DNA of 64,000 nucleotides from Carcharhinus longimanus (lineage: Eukaryota), in NCBI GenBank assembly GCA_030264375.1, contig JASCQW010000132.1, forward strand, positions 53,778,264 to 53,842,263, read 5' to 3'. The position numbers were made by a program, and so were the translations under genes. The notes under the pieces were generated by a model, which was not told the origin of the DNA, ran no database searches, and worked only from the letters and a program-made list of their open reading frames with translations. This document shows, piece by piece, positions 50,488 through 63,483 of the stretch (positions are counted from its first letter, which is position 1; each line of letters begins with the position of its first letter).

Positions 50488-51689
50488 TTGCTTCAGTACC
50501 TTCCCTGTGACCAAGACTGGAATTTTCTAGCTCTTCACACCGCCAATGCGCCCCAAGTCCAGTCCTTTCATTGCTTGTCAAGCAGACATAGATACTTCCA
50601 GCAACAGGTTCAATCAGTGGCAGGTGAGGGTGACTGGGGGAGGGGGGGACCTTGTGGTAAGCTCAAAACTATTACTCTAACATGAATATGCCACAGGACC
50701 TTATGCTGGTACCTGCTGTGGCAGATCCGGAAACCTTCTGGTAGCCAGCATGAAATTGAATTGCATTCTGCTAATTAAATACTGTCTTCCAGTTCTCAGT
50801 AAAATCTTCCAAGAAAGGTTGAAGCAGAATCCTTCCACCTACCACCCCCCCCCCAAACGTTTGGAGCAACGTGGTGTGTGGAAGTCAGCATTTAACTGAA
50901 AAATGCCCTAGCCTGCCTCGATTGCTGAGGACGGATACTCACCAGTGACCCTGGACTGCCACAGCAGTGGGCAGGGGGAGGCAGATCTTCCAGTTTTAGT
51001 GTCATTTGAGGAGATCCATTTCCAGCTTCACCATTTCCTGGAGATCCATCTTCCTTTATTAGGAGGTCCACCACGAGACTCTGGGTGGAACTTTAAATGC
51101 CTGGACCTGGTGCGTGCCTAACCTGGAATTGGGTAAAATCTCATGTGAAGACACGTAGAGTGTTCCTTGTTGTCATCACACACATGTGTGATTTCAAGAT
51201 CAGCGAGCGTGCGTGCGAATTGAATATGTGTCTACTGACATTTGAAGGGCCAATTAAGGCCATCAAAAGTATAGTTGACTTTATGCTGCCCATGCTATTT
51301 TTACCTCATCTCACAGGGAAAACAGGAGGTTGCCCATTATGTTTTTGCATCTCCTCACCCAAGAGTATGATAAAAGGCCCCCAGAGCTGTGGCAGTTTCT
51401 CAGTGATAGACTTTGTTGTTGTGTGAGTATAGAGTTCAGCTTGAGTTTCCTAGTTATTGTTTAGCACTTGAAACGTGGCTTGCAGCATTTCAGGATTACC
51501 TGGAAGGTTTTCCTGATGATTAGAAGATAATGTTCCGTCGTTTGCAAGGTGCTGGTCCACTGCATCTGATTCAGTGGGGATAATGCAATCTACTGGTGGG
51601 ACCTGCTTTTGAGGGAGAGAAATCCAGGTCAGTGCAGGCAGCATTCCAGATAGAGACCCATAAGTGGAGGTAGGAAAGCCAACATGGGA

Positions 51690-54180
51690 GGGGTTGCCAT
51701 AGATTGCCACTACCCAGCGGCTGTAATATACAGGCAGTGCACAGCTACCTCCCAGATGTCCGATGTCCGGAGCCACAGGATACTCCACCTCTTCAGAGAC
51801 ATAGTGACATCAACTTGCTACATGATAGATCCAAAAATCACCTCCAGGTATCAAGGCTATTCATCACTCCTGCAAGATTGGATGGATGTCTCCTGGATGA
51901 TAAGGTCTATCCCTTGAAGAGGTGGCCGATGACCCTAATCCGTCACTTAAGAACTGAGGCTAAGAAAAGATTTGATTTTGATTTGATTTATTTGACTTAT
52001 TATTGTCACATGTATTAGTATACAGTGAAAAATATTGTTTCTTGCATGCTTTACAGACAAAACATAGCATTCATAGAGAAGGAAACAAGAGAGTGCTGAA
52101 GGTAGGGTTTAGAGAAAGATCAAATTAATGCAAGGTAGGTCCATTCAAAATCTGATTGCAGCAGGGAAGAATCAATTCTTGAGTTGGTTGGTATGTGAGA
52201 TTTGTAGCTGACATGCTAAATTTCCTTAGTATTCTGAGAAAGTAGAGGCATTAATAGGCTTTCTGAACTATAGTGTCGTCATGGGGGAACTAGGACAGGT
52301 TGTTGGTGATCTGGATTAAAACCTTAAAGCTCTCGACCCTTTCTACTTCATCCCCGTTGATGTAGATGGGGGCATGTTCTCCACTACGCTTCCTGAAGTT
52401 GAAGACAATCTCCTTCATTTAGTTGACATTGAGGGAGAGATTTTTTTGTTGCATCAGGTCACAGATTCTCTATCTCATTCTTGTACTCTGTCTCATTATT
52501 GTTTGAGATTCGATCCACTACGGATGGCATCATCAGCATACTTAAAAATCGAGTTGGGGGAGAATTCGGCCACTAGTCAGAAGAAATATAGCAGGGGGCT
52601 GAGAACACAACCTTGTGGGGCATTGGTGTTGAGAATCATTGTGGACGAGATGTTGTTACCTATCCTTACTAATTGTGGCCTGTGGGTTAGAAAGTTCAGG
52701 ATCCGTTCGCAGAGGGAGGAGCCAAGGCCCAGGCCGTGGAATTTGGAGATGAGTTTTGTAGGAATAATGAAGGCTGAGCTGTAGTCAGTAAATAGGAGTN
52801 NNNNNNNNNNNNNNNNNNNNNNNNNNNNNNNNNNNNNNNNNNNNNNNNNNNNNNNNNNNNNNNNNNNNNNNNNNNNNNNNNNNNNNNNNNNNNNNNNNNA
52901 TGATCTTATTGAATGGCGGGGCAGGCTTGAAGGGCTAGATGGCCTACTCCTGCTCCTATTTCTTATGTTCTTGTGTATGCTGTGGACCTGTTGCGGTGTT
53001 GGGCGAACTGTAGTGGATCCAGGCAGCCCGGGAGGCTGGAATTGATTCGTGCCATGATTAACCTTTCAAAGCACTTCATAATGATGGATGTCAGTGCTAC
53101 TGGACAATAGTCATTAAGGAATGCTGCTTGGCTTTCCTTTGATAGTGGGATGATGGTCATCTTCTTGAAGCAGATAGGGACCTCAGATTGTTGTAAAGAG
53201 AAGTTGAAGATGTCTGCGAATACCCCCGCTATCTGTTCTATGCGGGATCTGATTGCTCGTCCATCCGGGCCAGTCGCTTTCCATGGATTGACCTTCGAGA
53301 AGGTTGCTCTGACATCTGCAATGGTAACCTCGGATACAGGTTCACCTGAGGCTTCCAAGGTGAAGGACTTACTCTTGCTGACCTCTTGCTCAAAACGGGC
53401 ATAGAATGCATTCAGCTCATCAGGGAGGGGTGCATTGGAGTCGGTGATTTTACATGCCTTCATCTTGTAGCCTTTTATGCTTTGCAGACCTTGCCATAGT
53501 TGGCAGGGGCCTGTGTGGCTAGCCTTGGTCCTGTGCATCTTTTGGCATCTTTGATAGATCTCCTTAGATCGTATCTGGCTTTCTTGTATAGTGACTGAAC
53601 TGCTAACCACACTAATGAATTCAGCTCAGGCCTGAACACCTCAGACCTGGACTGCAGCAAGCAGTGGATATCTCTGTTCATCCATGGCTTCTAGTTGGGA
53701 AACACGCGGATATGTTTCTTTGGCACACAGTCTTCTACACACTTAATAATGAAGTCAGTTATTGTAGTGGTGTACTTGCTCAGGCTGGTCACAGAATTTC
53801 TAAATACTGACCAGTTCACTGACTGTAAGCAGTCCCGTAGAAGATCATCCGATTTCTCAGATCAACATTGCATGACTTTCTTTGACGGATTCTCCGGCTT
53901 CAGTTTTTGCTTGTAAGCCGGAAGCAGGAGCACAGCCTTATGGTCTGATTTACCAAAGTGTGAGTGGTTATAGACTGGTAGGCATGTTTGATATTTGTGT
54001 AGCAGTGGTTTAGGATGTTAAGATGCGAAAGGAATCATGCATACACAAGAGTGGTGGTTAAGGGGATCACCAGCTGTTCAAAATGTACTTATGATGCCTT
54101 GACCGATTCACCAGAGCATGCCTCTCTCATTGTGGTTGTATGCTGCACTCTGCACAACTTAGTTCTGACAAGGGATAACC
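51690..54180 (+). pseudogene. PIF/Harbinger transposase remnant split by a LINE insertion
   Basis: RLDGCLLDDKVYPLKRWPMTLIRHLRTEAKKR before 51970. CERNHAYTRVVVK from 54024. PEHASLIVVVCCTLHNLVL at 54111-54167 (HARBI1-type C-terminal motif). Confidence 0.8.
51971..54019 (-). mobile_element. Rex1/Babar-clade LINE (5'-truncated, decayed) with a nested CR1 3' end (~52900-52975) next to a gap
   Basis: ORF 52963-53610 contains LPDELNAFYARFE, KATGPDG and LNDYCPVALTSIIMKCFERL...LDPLQFA. (ATCAA)n tail at 51971. AAGA is duplicated at both ends. Confidence 0.88.
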
Positions 54181-54904
54181 AGTGAAGTTGAGGAATGCAA
54201 GGCAGAACCAAGTCCAGAGAGGAAGACTCCACTGAAGGGTCTGAGGATGACTCTGGGATTGTACAAGGTGAGGAGTTTGAGCCGGATGATATGACTGTTT
54301 GTGGGGCAGGGACACAAGGGATGTATTGATCCAGCAAACCTTCAGCTCAGCATCTAAGGCGTAAAGGCCAACTCACTCCAATGACAATATCTCAATTGCA
54401 ATAAAACTTTCCTTAAGAGCTCATCTCAGAAATACTGCATTACACAAAGCTCTCAGCTTATAAGTAGTCACTGGCAGAGGGGTTGAGCATCATAAGAGGA
54501 GCCCACAGAGACAACAGACAGCTTGTCTGCCAGTGTGAGTTGCATCTGTATCTTCCTGCTCACTACTGATGGACAGGCATCCCGCAGAGAGACTAAGTGC
54601 CTCATACATCTCATATTGACAGTGACCTCCAGCCGGTGTGCTGGCTTGCAGATCTGATCATAACCCCTGGAGCCCCTAAAGGTGTCCCTGAATCAGTCTC
54701 TCCACGAGAGTCACCACTGTCAATGGAGGAGGCTGTGCACTTGGTTCTCAGGGACAATGTTCCGCATGGACTCCTCAAAGGCAAAAGCCATGACATGCAA
54801 ACCCTCGTGAAACACAACACCCTCACCCTCCCCAACAACTCCTGGCAGCCATCAGAGAGCTGCCTCCTTTTCTTTTAAATCTTAATTGGCCACCCAGAGT
54901 AACT

Positions 54905-55072
54905 GTATAATCCCTACAGTGCAGAAGGAGGCCATTTGTCACATTGAGTCTGCATTGACAACAATCCCACCCATGGCCCTATCCGGATAACCCCATATAT
55001 TTACCATGCTAATCCCCCTGACACTAAAGGGCAATTCAGCATGGCCAATCAACCTAACAAGCACATCTTTAG
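54905..55072 (-). mobile_element. V-SINE 3' half
   Basis: ATCCCTACAGTGCAGAAGGAGGCC...GCATGGCCAATCAACCTAAC. Confidence 0.75.
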
Positions 55073-55499
55073 AATGTTGCCTAACATGACAAAATATGAA
55101 AGTCTCAGATGGGAGACTTCTGTCCATTGTTCTAGCATTTATTGATCATTCATTCATTTAGTAGTGTATTATTTTGATTTCATTTGTTTTCTCATGTAAA
55201 TTCGATGGAGGGTGAGAGGGTTGGTGTCCCATGGAATTTTACAGTATATTATAGGGTTCCTGAAACAAAAAGGTTGAAAGACACTGGCAGTATTACTACA
55301 ATTTAAAGAATACATCACTTGATACATTTGTTAGTGTAATTGTTGACTCCTTCTAAGCTTCTGAACAATTAGGTTAATGAAGATAGTGGTAAAGCTGGAA
55401 ATGAAACAATTCCTGTGCAACTGTAACTTTCAGTCAACCACCAGTTGAAATATGACACAATGATGGCCATAAGTTGTGCCTAAAGAACAGACAGTGGGG

Positions 55500-56290
55500 A
55501 GAAAGAGTATAGGAGACTCAGCATCTTGCTGACTTCTTTAGCACAATTAAAACCATCTATGGTCCGAAACCCTGGGACTACGCCACTGAGCATAAACAGA
55601 AAAGTGCTTATCAAAGACAGAGGTAGTCAATACCCACTGGAGAGAGCACTTCAAGGACCTCCTCAATCAGAAACATCCTTCCATGCAATTGTCCTCAAAA
55701 TCCTCCACCACCTCAGCACAAACACAGCTCACTGTGAGATGTACAAAGCCATCCAACAGCTGCAAAAACAACAGGATCTCCAGTGCAGATAGCATTCCTG
55801 CTGAAATGTTAAAATGTGGTGGAGAGGCAGTCTGGACAAGAATCCACAGCCTCATCACTTGGCTGGAAGGAAGAGAGCATGCCAGGAGTTCTCACAGATG
55901 CCTTAGTTGTGTCCACCTTCAAGAAAGGAGAGAAGTCCGACTGCAGAAAATACAGAGGGATTTCACACTGTCACGGGAAAGGTCATCACATGTATCCTCC
56001 TCACCACCTCCTCTCAGTGAATGCAGGGCTGTTCCCTGAGTCTTAGTGTGGCTTCTACCCATCAAGGGGAACAATAGACATGATTTTCAGTGCATGACAA
56101 ATCCAGGAATGTGCAGGGAGCAGCATCAACCTCTGTACATGGCCTCTTGCGATCTCGCAACAGCTTCACCTCTGTCAACTGTGACAAATTGTGAAACATC
56201 CTCCTCAAATTTGGCTGCCTGCAGAAATTTGTCACCATTCACCGCCAGCTCCACAATGACATGCAAGCTTTGATTCTCACCAACAGAACC
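55500..56290 (+). mobile_element. Decayed RTE-clade LINE RT fragment
   Basis: Peptides ADSIPAEMLKCGGE, FKKGEKSDCRKYRGIS and CREQHQPLYMASCDL across frames. Confidence 0.8.
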
Positions 56291-57254
56291 ACCACAGACT
56301 TTGCAATGGAATCTCATTATGAATGTGTGGCTGAGTTTCAAAAGCCAATAATTGATTAAACTGTGTGGGGGTTATTGATGCAGTCATCTAATAGAACCTC
56401 ATTATCAATGCTTGGCTGAACTGCTAACCACTAACTACACCGCATGGCAGACTGTCAGCTGTTTATCTCGACAATTTTCTGGCCACTTAAAAGGATACTG
56501 ATTTTTTGAAATGTTTTTGGATGACTGTGTTTGTCTTGACAGTTTTATGAACATTTCATTTCCAATGTTATGATGGGGCTCATGAGTTCTGTGCCTACTC
56601 AACACTCAATGAGTTGGCAAGCAGTGGGGATGGTGAAAGGGTACAGAGTATGGAGTGGGGCATTCGGGAATATGGGGGAGATGTGAAGGCTGAAACCTTG
56701 CAGCTCTTCATGCCGGCGGGATTTTCTGGTCCTGCCAATGGTGAACCACTGTCTATGTTTCCCAGCAGCAAGGGGTGGAATCAATGAGAAATCCCACTGA
56801 TGGTGGTAGGACCAGAAGATCCCACCACTGAGAAAAATACTGCCAGAAGGCTGGAGAATCTCAATGGGAGTGTTATGTTTTTCTTCGTCTTGTGCTTAAT
56901 TAGAAGATAAATTTCAAGGCACTGACCATGCATAAGGGATTGATCAACACAAAAATATTGAGGTTAATTTATTAAGGATCTGAGAAGTTGGTATTACACA
57001 GTTGGCGAACATGGGAAGGAGTTTCTGGCTGCACTCACTCCAAGGCCGGTAAATCTCGCCCGAAGCCAGTGAATCTTTGCATGGCTTGTATCCCACTAGC
57101 TATGATTTCCATGGCAGGCAGGATGGGAAAATTCTGCCCTGTATGTCTGAGCTGGTAGTTTATGCAGCACAAAGTGAGACTAAGTCTGAATCAAATGATT
57201 ATATTTCACTATTTCCCCTTAAGTAATGTATACAGAAAACAGCCATATCTACAA

Positions 57255-57655
57255 ACATTCAGTCCCTCCACCACCGATGCTCAGTAGCAGCCGTGTGTAC
57301 TATCTACAAGATGCACTCCAGCAATTCATCAAAGATCCTTAGACAGCACCTTCCAAACCCATGGCCACTTCCATCTTGAAGGACAAGGGCAGCAGATACA
57401 TGAAAAGACCACCACCTGCAAGTTTCCCTCCAAGCCAGTCGCCATCCTGACTTGGAAATATGCCACTGTTCCTTTGTGGTCGCTGGGTCATAATCCTGGA
57501 ATTCCCTCCCTAACATCATTGGGAGTCAACCCACAGAACATGGACTGCAGCAATTCAAGAAGGCAGCCCATTAACACCTTCTCAAGGGCAATTAGGGGTG
57601 GGCAATAAATGCTGGCCAGCCAGCAATGCCAGTGTCACCACACCCACTTTTTCAA
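57255..57655 (+). mobile_element. L2/CR1-group LINE 3' end (same family as 8775-9370)
   Basis: Near reverse complement of 8775-9170: CCCTCCACCACCGA...CTTCTCAAGGGCAATTAGGGGTGGGCAATAAATGCTGGCC. Confidence 0.75.
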
Positions 57656-57659
57656 AAAG

Positions 57660-58965
57660 ACTGGGGCAATCAGAACCTCTGGAAAAACTGGGAATGTTCT
57701 CCTTACAGCAGAAAGGGTTAAGAGGAAGTCTGTTAGTGGTAGTCAATTTCATTAATGGTTTTAGTTGATTTAACAAGAAGATACCATAATCAGCTGCAAA
57801 ATGATCAGTAACCAGAGGACATAGATTGAAAATAATTATCAAAAGATGAGACACCCAAGGGGGAAGAAAATTGCACAGTAACTTGTTATGATCTAGAATG
57901 CACTGTCTGAAAGGGTAATGAAAGAAAATTTATTAATACCTTCAAAAGGGAATTGGATAAATACTTGAAGAGATAAAATTACAAGGCAAAACAGGCATTG
58001 GGAATAAATGGAAAGTTGATATGTCAAAGTACCTCCTTCTGCACTTTACCATTCTATAATTCTTTTAATTAGAACAGAGTAAATTAAAATAAAATCTGAT
58101 ATTGTTAAAAATCATGGTGGCTACTGATGAAGTAAAGAGAGAAAATTATTGCCATAGAAGGCTGTACGGGAACAGAGCCACTTTTCAAAAAGGGACATAG
58201 AGAGAAAACAGGATGCTATAGATCAGTGAGACTAGCAACTTCTCTACTACTGACATTAGAGTCTGTTATCAAGGATTTCAGAGCTCAGCATTTGGAAAGC
58301 AGTGGTATAATCAGACAAAATCAGCCTGGATCTACAAAAGGGAAACCATGCTTGACAAATCAAGCCTTTGAGGATGCAGCCAGGGAAAACCAGCGGATAT
58401 GGCTTATTTTAACTTTCAGAAGGCTTTTGATATGGGTCTCACAAAGCAGATCACTATATAAAGTTAAAGTGGATGGGATTGCGGGTGATGTCTTGGGGTG
58501 GATAGACAGCTAGTTCGCAGACAGGAAGCAAAGAGTTGGAATAAATAGATCTCTTTCTGATTGGCCAGTAGTAACTCATGGGGTACCGTAGGGATCTGTG
58601 CTAGGATCCCAACTGTTCACATTATTCCTTAATGATTTGGAAGAGGGAACTAAATGTATTATCTGCAGAGTTGGAGATAATTATTATCTCCAACTCTGCA
58701 GAGTTGTATTATCTCCAACTCTGCAGATAATATACAAAGTTGAGTGGGAAGGTGAGATGTGGGGAGGTGCAGAGATGCTTCACTTTAATTTGGACAGATT
58801 GAGTGAGTTGGCATATGCAAAGCATATGCAGTATAATGTGAATAAATGTGAGGTTGTCCATTTCAGTCGCAAATGTAAGATGGCAGATTATTATTTGAAT
58901 GGGTGTAAATTGAGAGAGGTGGATACTCAGTGAGGCCCTGGTATCCTCCTGCATCAGTCACTGAA
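57660..58965 (+). mobile_element. CR1 LINE fragments
   Basis: Peptides IIRQNQPGSTKGKPCLTN, LGSQLFTLFLNDLEEG and MQYNVNKCEVVHF. Confidence 0.75.
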
Positions 58966-59523
58966 AGGGTGCAGAGCTGCAGAAAAATGACACTGAAATG
59001 TGAATTAACTGTTGGAAAATAATTATTTTCAGTAAATTTTAGTTGCATCAGAGAGTAGGAAAAATTGAAATAGTAACCTGTACCAGCAGATATGAAATAC
59101 CGCAGAAAACCAAGTTTTCATGCTGTCAAGATATGATCCAACAAAGCCATAAACAAGCTCTCTGTGTATCTAATATGCAATGTGGAAATCATTCCAGCAA
59201 AACTGGTTAGAACTGGTTAACATAATTTATTTTCTCAATCAGCAGCAGTTGTGAAAATAAAATATTTCAAAGCAGCGAAGTAACAATGTATTAGCTGGGT
59301 TTCTAGATTGTTGCCCTATTCTGGAGAACACTGCTGAACATTCTGTGTGTTGGTGATGTATGCCGGAATTTTACTGGCACCCCTGCCCCAAGGCTCACAG
59401 AACGGCATTCTCCATTGGCCTTGNNNNNNNNNNNNNNNNNNNNNNNNNNNNNNNNNNNNNNNNNNNNNNNNNNNNNNNNNNNNNNNNNNNNNNNNNNNNN
59501 NNNNNNNNNNNNNNNNNNNNNNN

Positions 59524-59892
59524 CAATCACGTCCCCCCTCAATCTCCTCTGGTCCAAGTAAAGCAACCCCAGTCTATCCAATCTCTCTTCATAACTAAAA
59601 CTCTGCAGTCCAGGCAACATTCTGGTAAATATTCTCTGCACCCATTCCAGTGCTATCACATCCCTCCTATAATAAGGATTCCAGAACCTCATTCTGTGGC
59701 CTAACTAATATTTTATGTTAGAATTTTATGCAGTTCCAGCATAACTTCCCTACTCTTAAACTCTATTCCTCAGCTAATAAAAGCATACGATATGCCTTCT
59801 TAACCACTTTATCCACCTGTCCTACCACCGTAAGGGACCTGTGTAAATGCACACCAGGGTCCTTCTGATCCTCGGTGCTTCCCAGGGTCCTC
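59524..59892 (-). mobile_element. CR1 LINE fragment abutting a 100-N gap
   Basis: Peptide DVIALEWVQRIFTRMLPGLQSFSYEERLDRLGLLYLDQRRLRGD. Confidence 0.85.
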
Positions 59893-59967
59893 AACTCTGA
59901 TATTTTATGGGTTATTGTCACTAAAATCAGAAAACAAAGCTCAGCAGTTTCCACAGCGGACACTGAC

Positions 59968-60136
59968 CCCATGGTTGCGATTCTATGATCTTAAGCTGTA
60001 CACGTGCTGCCCCTTCGTGGTTTTCCCCAATCTCGCGACACATGCTGAAGCAGAAAGCCACCATGTTGTGTTTCTCACTATCACCAGGGAGACAGCGCTT
60101 GATGTAGTCTAACAGAGCAGTCTTCAGGTCTCCATT
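59968..60136 (-). CDS. SPG11: Spatacsin internal exon (equivalent of human exon 36)
   Basis: Acceptor aaatacAG and donor GTCAGT. 169 bp. Encodes NGDLKTALLDYIKRCLPGDSEKHNMVAFCFSMCREIGENHEGAARVQLKIIESQPW. Not in the supplied ORF track. Confidence 0.93.
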
Positions 60137-60701
60137 CTGTATTTCAGCAAAAAAAAAATCACTCAGTAAATTATTTGGAACACAAGCGGGATTAAAAGAA
60201 GACGACTGAATGCTGGTGAGTACACAAGATGTGCCAAAGTAGCAGAATTAGTGCTAATAATGGCTAATCCCCACACAATGGCATCCTGACCTACATTATA
60301 TGGGTCCAGATGCCTGGTGGTAATGGCACTAAACTCAAAATCCAGAGGTTGAGGGAAACACCAGATAAAATGAAATGTAAAAATCGAATGGCTTTACTGA
60401 TGTCCATCAGGAGAACCTGCTATCCTTTCCCAATCAGGCTTCATCAACACCCATCCACCACCTGAAGCATTCACTCCCTCCCCCACTGGTTGGATGCATT
60501 GACCTGAACAGGCGCTACGCTGTGGCGATTAGGGGAATTTCACAGTAAGTTCATTGCAGTGTTAATGTAAGCCTTGTGACTAATAAATAAACTTTATCTC
60601 AGAAATGGACCGCAACTTAGAAAAATGGAAACAGAAGACTCTAGAGGAATTGCTGTAATAACTACTTTCCCAATCCGTCTCCCCAGACGATCTTCACCTA
60701 C

Positions 60702-60809
60702 CGATTCAACATTTTTCCGCAGCAGCATTTCAAACCTATGATTTTCGTGCAGCAGGTCAAATATGTATGTCATGTCATTGTATCGGCCGATGCCAGTGAC
60801 CAGCCGCAC
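60702..60809 (-). CDS. SPG11: Spatacsin internal exon (equivalent of human exon 35)
   Basis: Acceptor tctctccccAG and donor GTAGGT. 108 bp. Encodes VRLVTGIGRYNDMTYIFDLLHENHRFEMLLRKNVES. Confidence 0.93.
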
Positions 60810-60962
60810 CTGGGGAGAGAAGGGGATATTTACACTCTAATTAATTCTCTTTCTAATGCTTCTTTGATACTTTCGCTTAGTTAACACATGCTACCCAGTA
60901 AGACTTGAAGTAAAACAGAGATTTGCCTGTTGATATACTGCAATGTATGAATGGGTCCATAC

Positions 60963-61096
60963 CATGAGGCTGTACTCCTCCTTGGGTGCCAGGTGTTTGT
61001 GACTGAGATGGCGAGCAGCTTGCAGCACTCTACTGATCCCCTCCATGTGACAGGTCAGGCTAAAGCAGTCGTGTGCCAAAATGAGCAGTTCTACAG
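60963..61096 (-). CDS. SPG11: Spatacsin internal exon (equivalent of human exon 34)
   Basis: Acceptor ctaaAG and donor GTATGG. 134 bp. Encodes (T)VELLILAHDCFSLTCHMEGISRVLQAARHLSHKHLAPKEEYSLM. Confidence 0.93.
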
Positions 61097-62358
61097 CTTT
61101 AGAGTCCATGAAAAGAGAAGGCAGACAAAAAGTCAAACACCAGCGATCTTACATCATTAAAAAGAACAAAAGAACTTCCAATTCATACAGCATCTTTAGT
61201 AACTTCATTACTTCCCAAAGTATTTTACAACTAATGATGAATTTGAGTGTTGAGCCACTAATTACAGCAGTCAATTGGTGCACAGCAAGATCCCAAAACA
61301 GCATCAAATAACCAAATCATCTGTTTTTAGATGTTGGTAGAGTAGATAGGTTTTGGTCAGGTATGGCACCAAAAGAACATCTGCTCTTCAAATGATGCCA
61401 AGGGGTCTTTTGCATCCACCCAAACTGGATAGAAGGGGCTTTGATCTGGCATCAGAATTTGAAATATTGAGCCTCTAATCCTGCAACATTTCCTCAGTAA
61501 TCTGTGCTCAGTATCAGCTCAGATGATACATTCAAATCTCTGGATTGGGGCTCGAGTCCGGAACCTCCTGATTCAGGGGCAAGAATGATGTCACTAAGCT
61601 GGGATTGAAGGCATTCTCCCAGGATCCTGCAGTCAAGGCTAAACCACCCAGCCTATTATTAATAACAGAGGCAAGAGAATCAACCGCGCCTATCAGACAC
61701 AAGCTCACCCTCTTGGCATTCACACAGTATTCAATAAGAAATCTCAAAAATGGATAATGAAGTAGGGGGAATATGAGGAAGGCTGTGAGGAAAGGATAAG
61801 AGTATGAGATTACTCAATTACTTTCAAAGAGCTGGCCCAGGCATGAAGGTCATTCAATGACACAGAGATTCACTCTGATTTTTACTGGTAGAGGCTGTGG
61901 ACAGAGAGGCCAGTTAAAACCTCTCCCCTGATTTTGGTAAAAATACTATCCCAAGCCAATGGAGCCTCAGTGCCCAGTTGGATGTCAACCCAGTATTTAT
62001 AAACTGTATTCTTGACTCCACTCCCCGGGGCCAACTGGATCAGGATCAGGAAATTCCATCTGGGAGGCAGGAATGCTGCCAATAAACCAAAGGCTCACTC
62101 CTGACCTAAAGGGTGTGGGGAATGAGAACAGCAGCTAATTTAGAGCCAGTGCCTTAATTCAGCTCAAGTCACAGTTCTTTTGGGCAGAATCAATGTTTCT
62201 GAGCAATCTGGAGAGCTGGGAATTGGCGATCTTTGGAAAATTAAAGTCAGAATTATGAAGAAGGCAGGCATTTCTCTTTAAACACAAAAGGTTAATGTAT
62301 ACCAAGTCATTTTATTGCACAGGATACTGGCTATAATGTAAAATTTCCAGGTACTTAC

Positions 62359-62496
62359 TGCACTCCAACTCCCCATTTGGAATGGATGAAATTTTATCCA
62401 ATAGCTTGGTACCAACGAGGATTGGGTCTTGGCACAGTTTAGCCAGTTGTAGGAAGGCCTCTTTACCATTGAGGAGATTATAAATCTGCCTCACTC
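62359..62496 (-). CDS. SPG11: Spatacsin internal exon (equivalent of human exon 33)
   Basis: Minus-strand acceptor tacacAG and donor GTAAGT. 138 bp. Encodes (G)VRQIYNLLNGKEAFLQLAKLCQDPILVGTKLLDKISSIPNGELEC, matching recalled spatacsin LCQDRTLVGMKLLDKISSVPHGELSC. Confidence 0.9.
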
Positions 62497-63483
62497 CTGT
62501 GTACAAGTACAACGAGTAGAACAACAACCATTACTAAGGTGAACTACATCTTTTTGACAAATACTTGTTTTAGTTAAGGTGACATTTCCAGGAACAAAAT
62601 CTCTTTTCTGAAACAGGGCAGGTTATATTGCCACCTCTTGACTGCTTCAATCTGAATCCACACCAGATTCTAGCTGAAGGCTTTCTACTTCGCTGACTGA
62701 AAAAGCCAAAAGTTAAATGAAACTGGGCAAGTCACCAGCACAAAGCTGCATTCCCAGTGCATACACCTTGCAAAATACGAAGGTTTAAGCTCCTGTGGAC
62801 TCAAAGGGCTCCTTGATAGAGATTAAAGAAATTCTCTGAACAAACTGCTTTGTGTAAAGAAATTTTGTTGTTTGTAATTAAGCAGTGATACAATTTACAA
62901 AAAGTGTTTAGTTAATGTACATGAAAGTAACGAGACAATCTATGATCAACTGGCGCCTGCAGTTTTAATTAGACTGGATGTGAGCTGAGAGGGAGGGGTG
63001 GGAGAGGGCAACATAGTCAAATGTGCCCTCCCTTAGACATGAATCAAAGCTTTGGCTGGATGTTAAAGATCCCATGACACTTATCAGAAAGGCATAGAAA
63101 GCATCAAGAAGGTAAAGGGACATTGGTTTCAGGTATTGTTTACGGACATTTACTGTGTAGTTCTACGTAATGACAGTGACTGTATTTTAAAACTCAATAG
63201 TTGTGAAACACAGATTTCCTTAAGTGTTGGTGACTATTATAAAATAGTTGCTAATAAAGTTCCAAATGATTTTGCTCATCAAGGTGTGAGATACTAAGAA
63301 CTAACCCTCTTCATAAAACATATAGTGATATCCTCATTGCTATCTCTAAAAATTTTAAACTGGACAAATACCTAAAACAGTTGAATCAATGTCTGTCTGA
63401 GATCATGAACAAAAAAGCTACCTAACTTTATTGGGAAAACTTGCACTTCATTACACTTGAAGTGACACTAACAGTCCACATGA

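Larger units (their letters stand above)
19371..59523. other. Assembly gaps: 100 N at 19371-19470, 23142-23241, 29517-29616, 31615-31714, 43137-43236, 52800-52899, 59424-59523; 834 N at 44663-45496; 10 N at 48950-48959 (plus 3 N at 7945-7947)
   Basis: Counted directly. Nearly all gaps sit within or next to repeats. Confidence 0.98.

Noticed and set aside
52963-53610. 215-aa ORF as a host gene or active reverse transcriptase
   Set aside because: Fragment of a decayed, interrupted Rex/Babar LINE ORF2.
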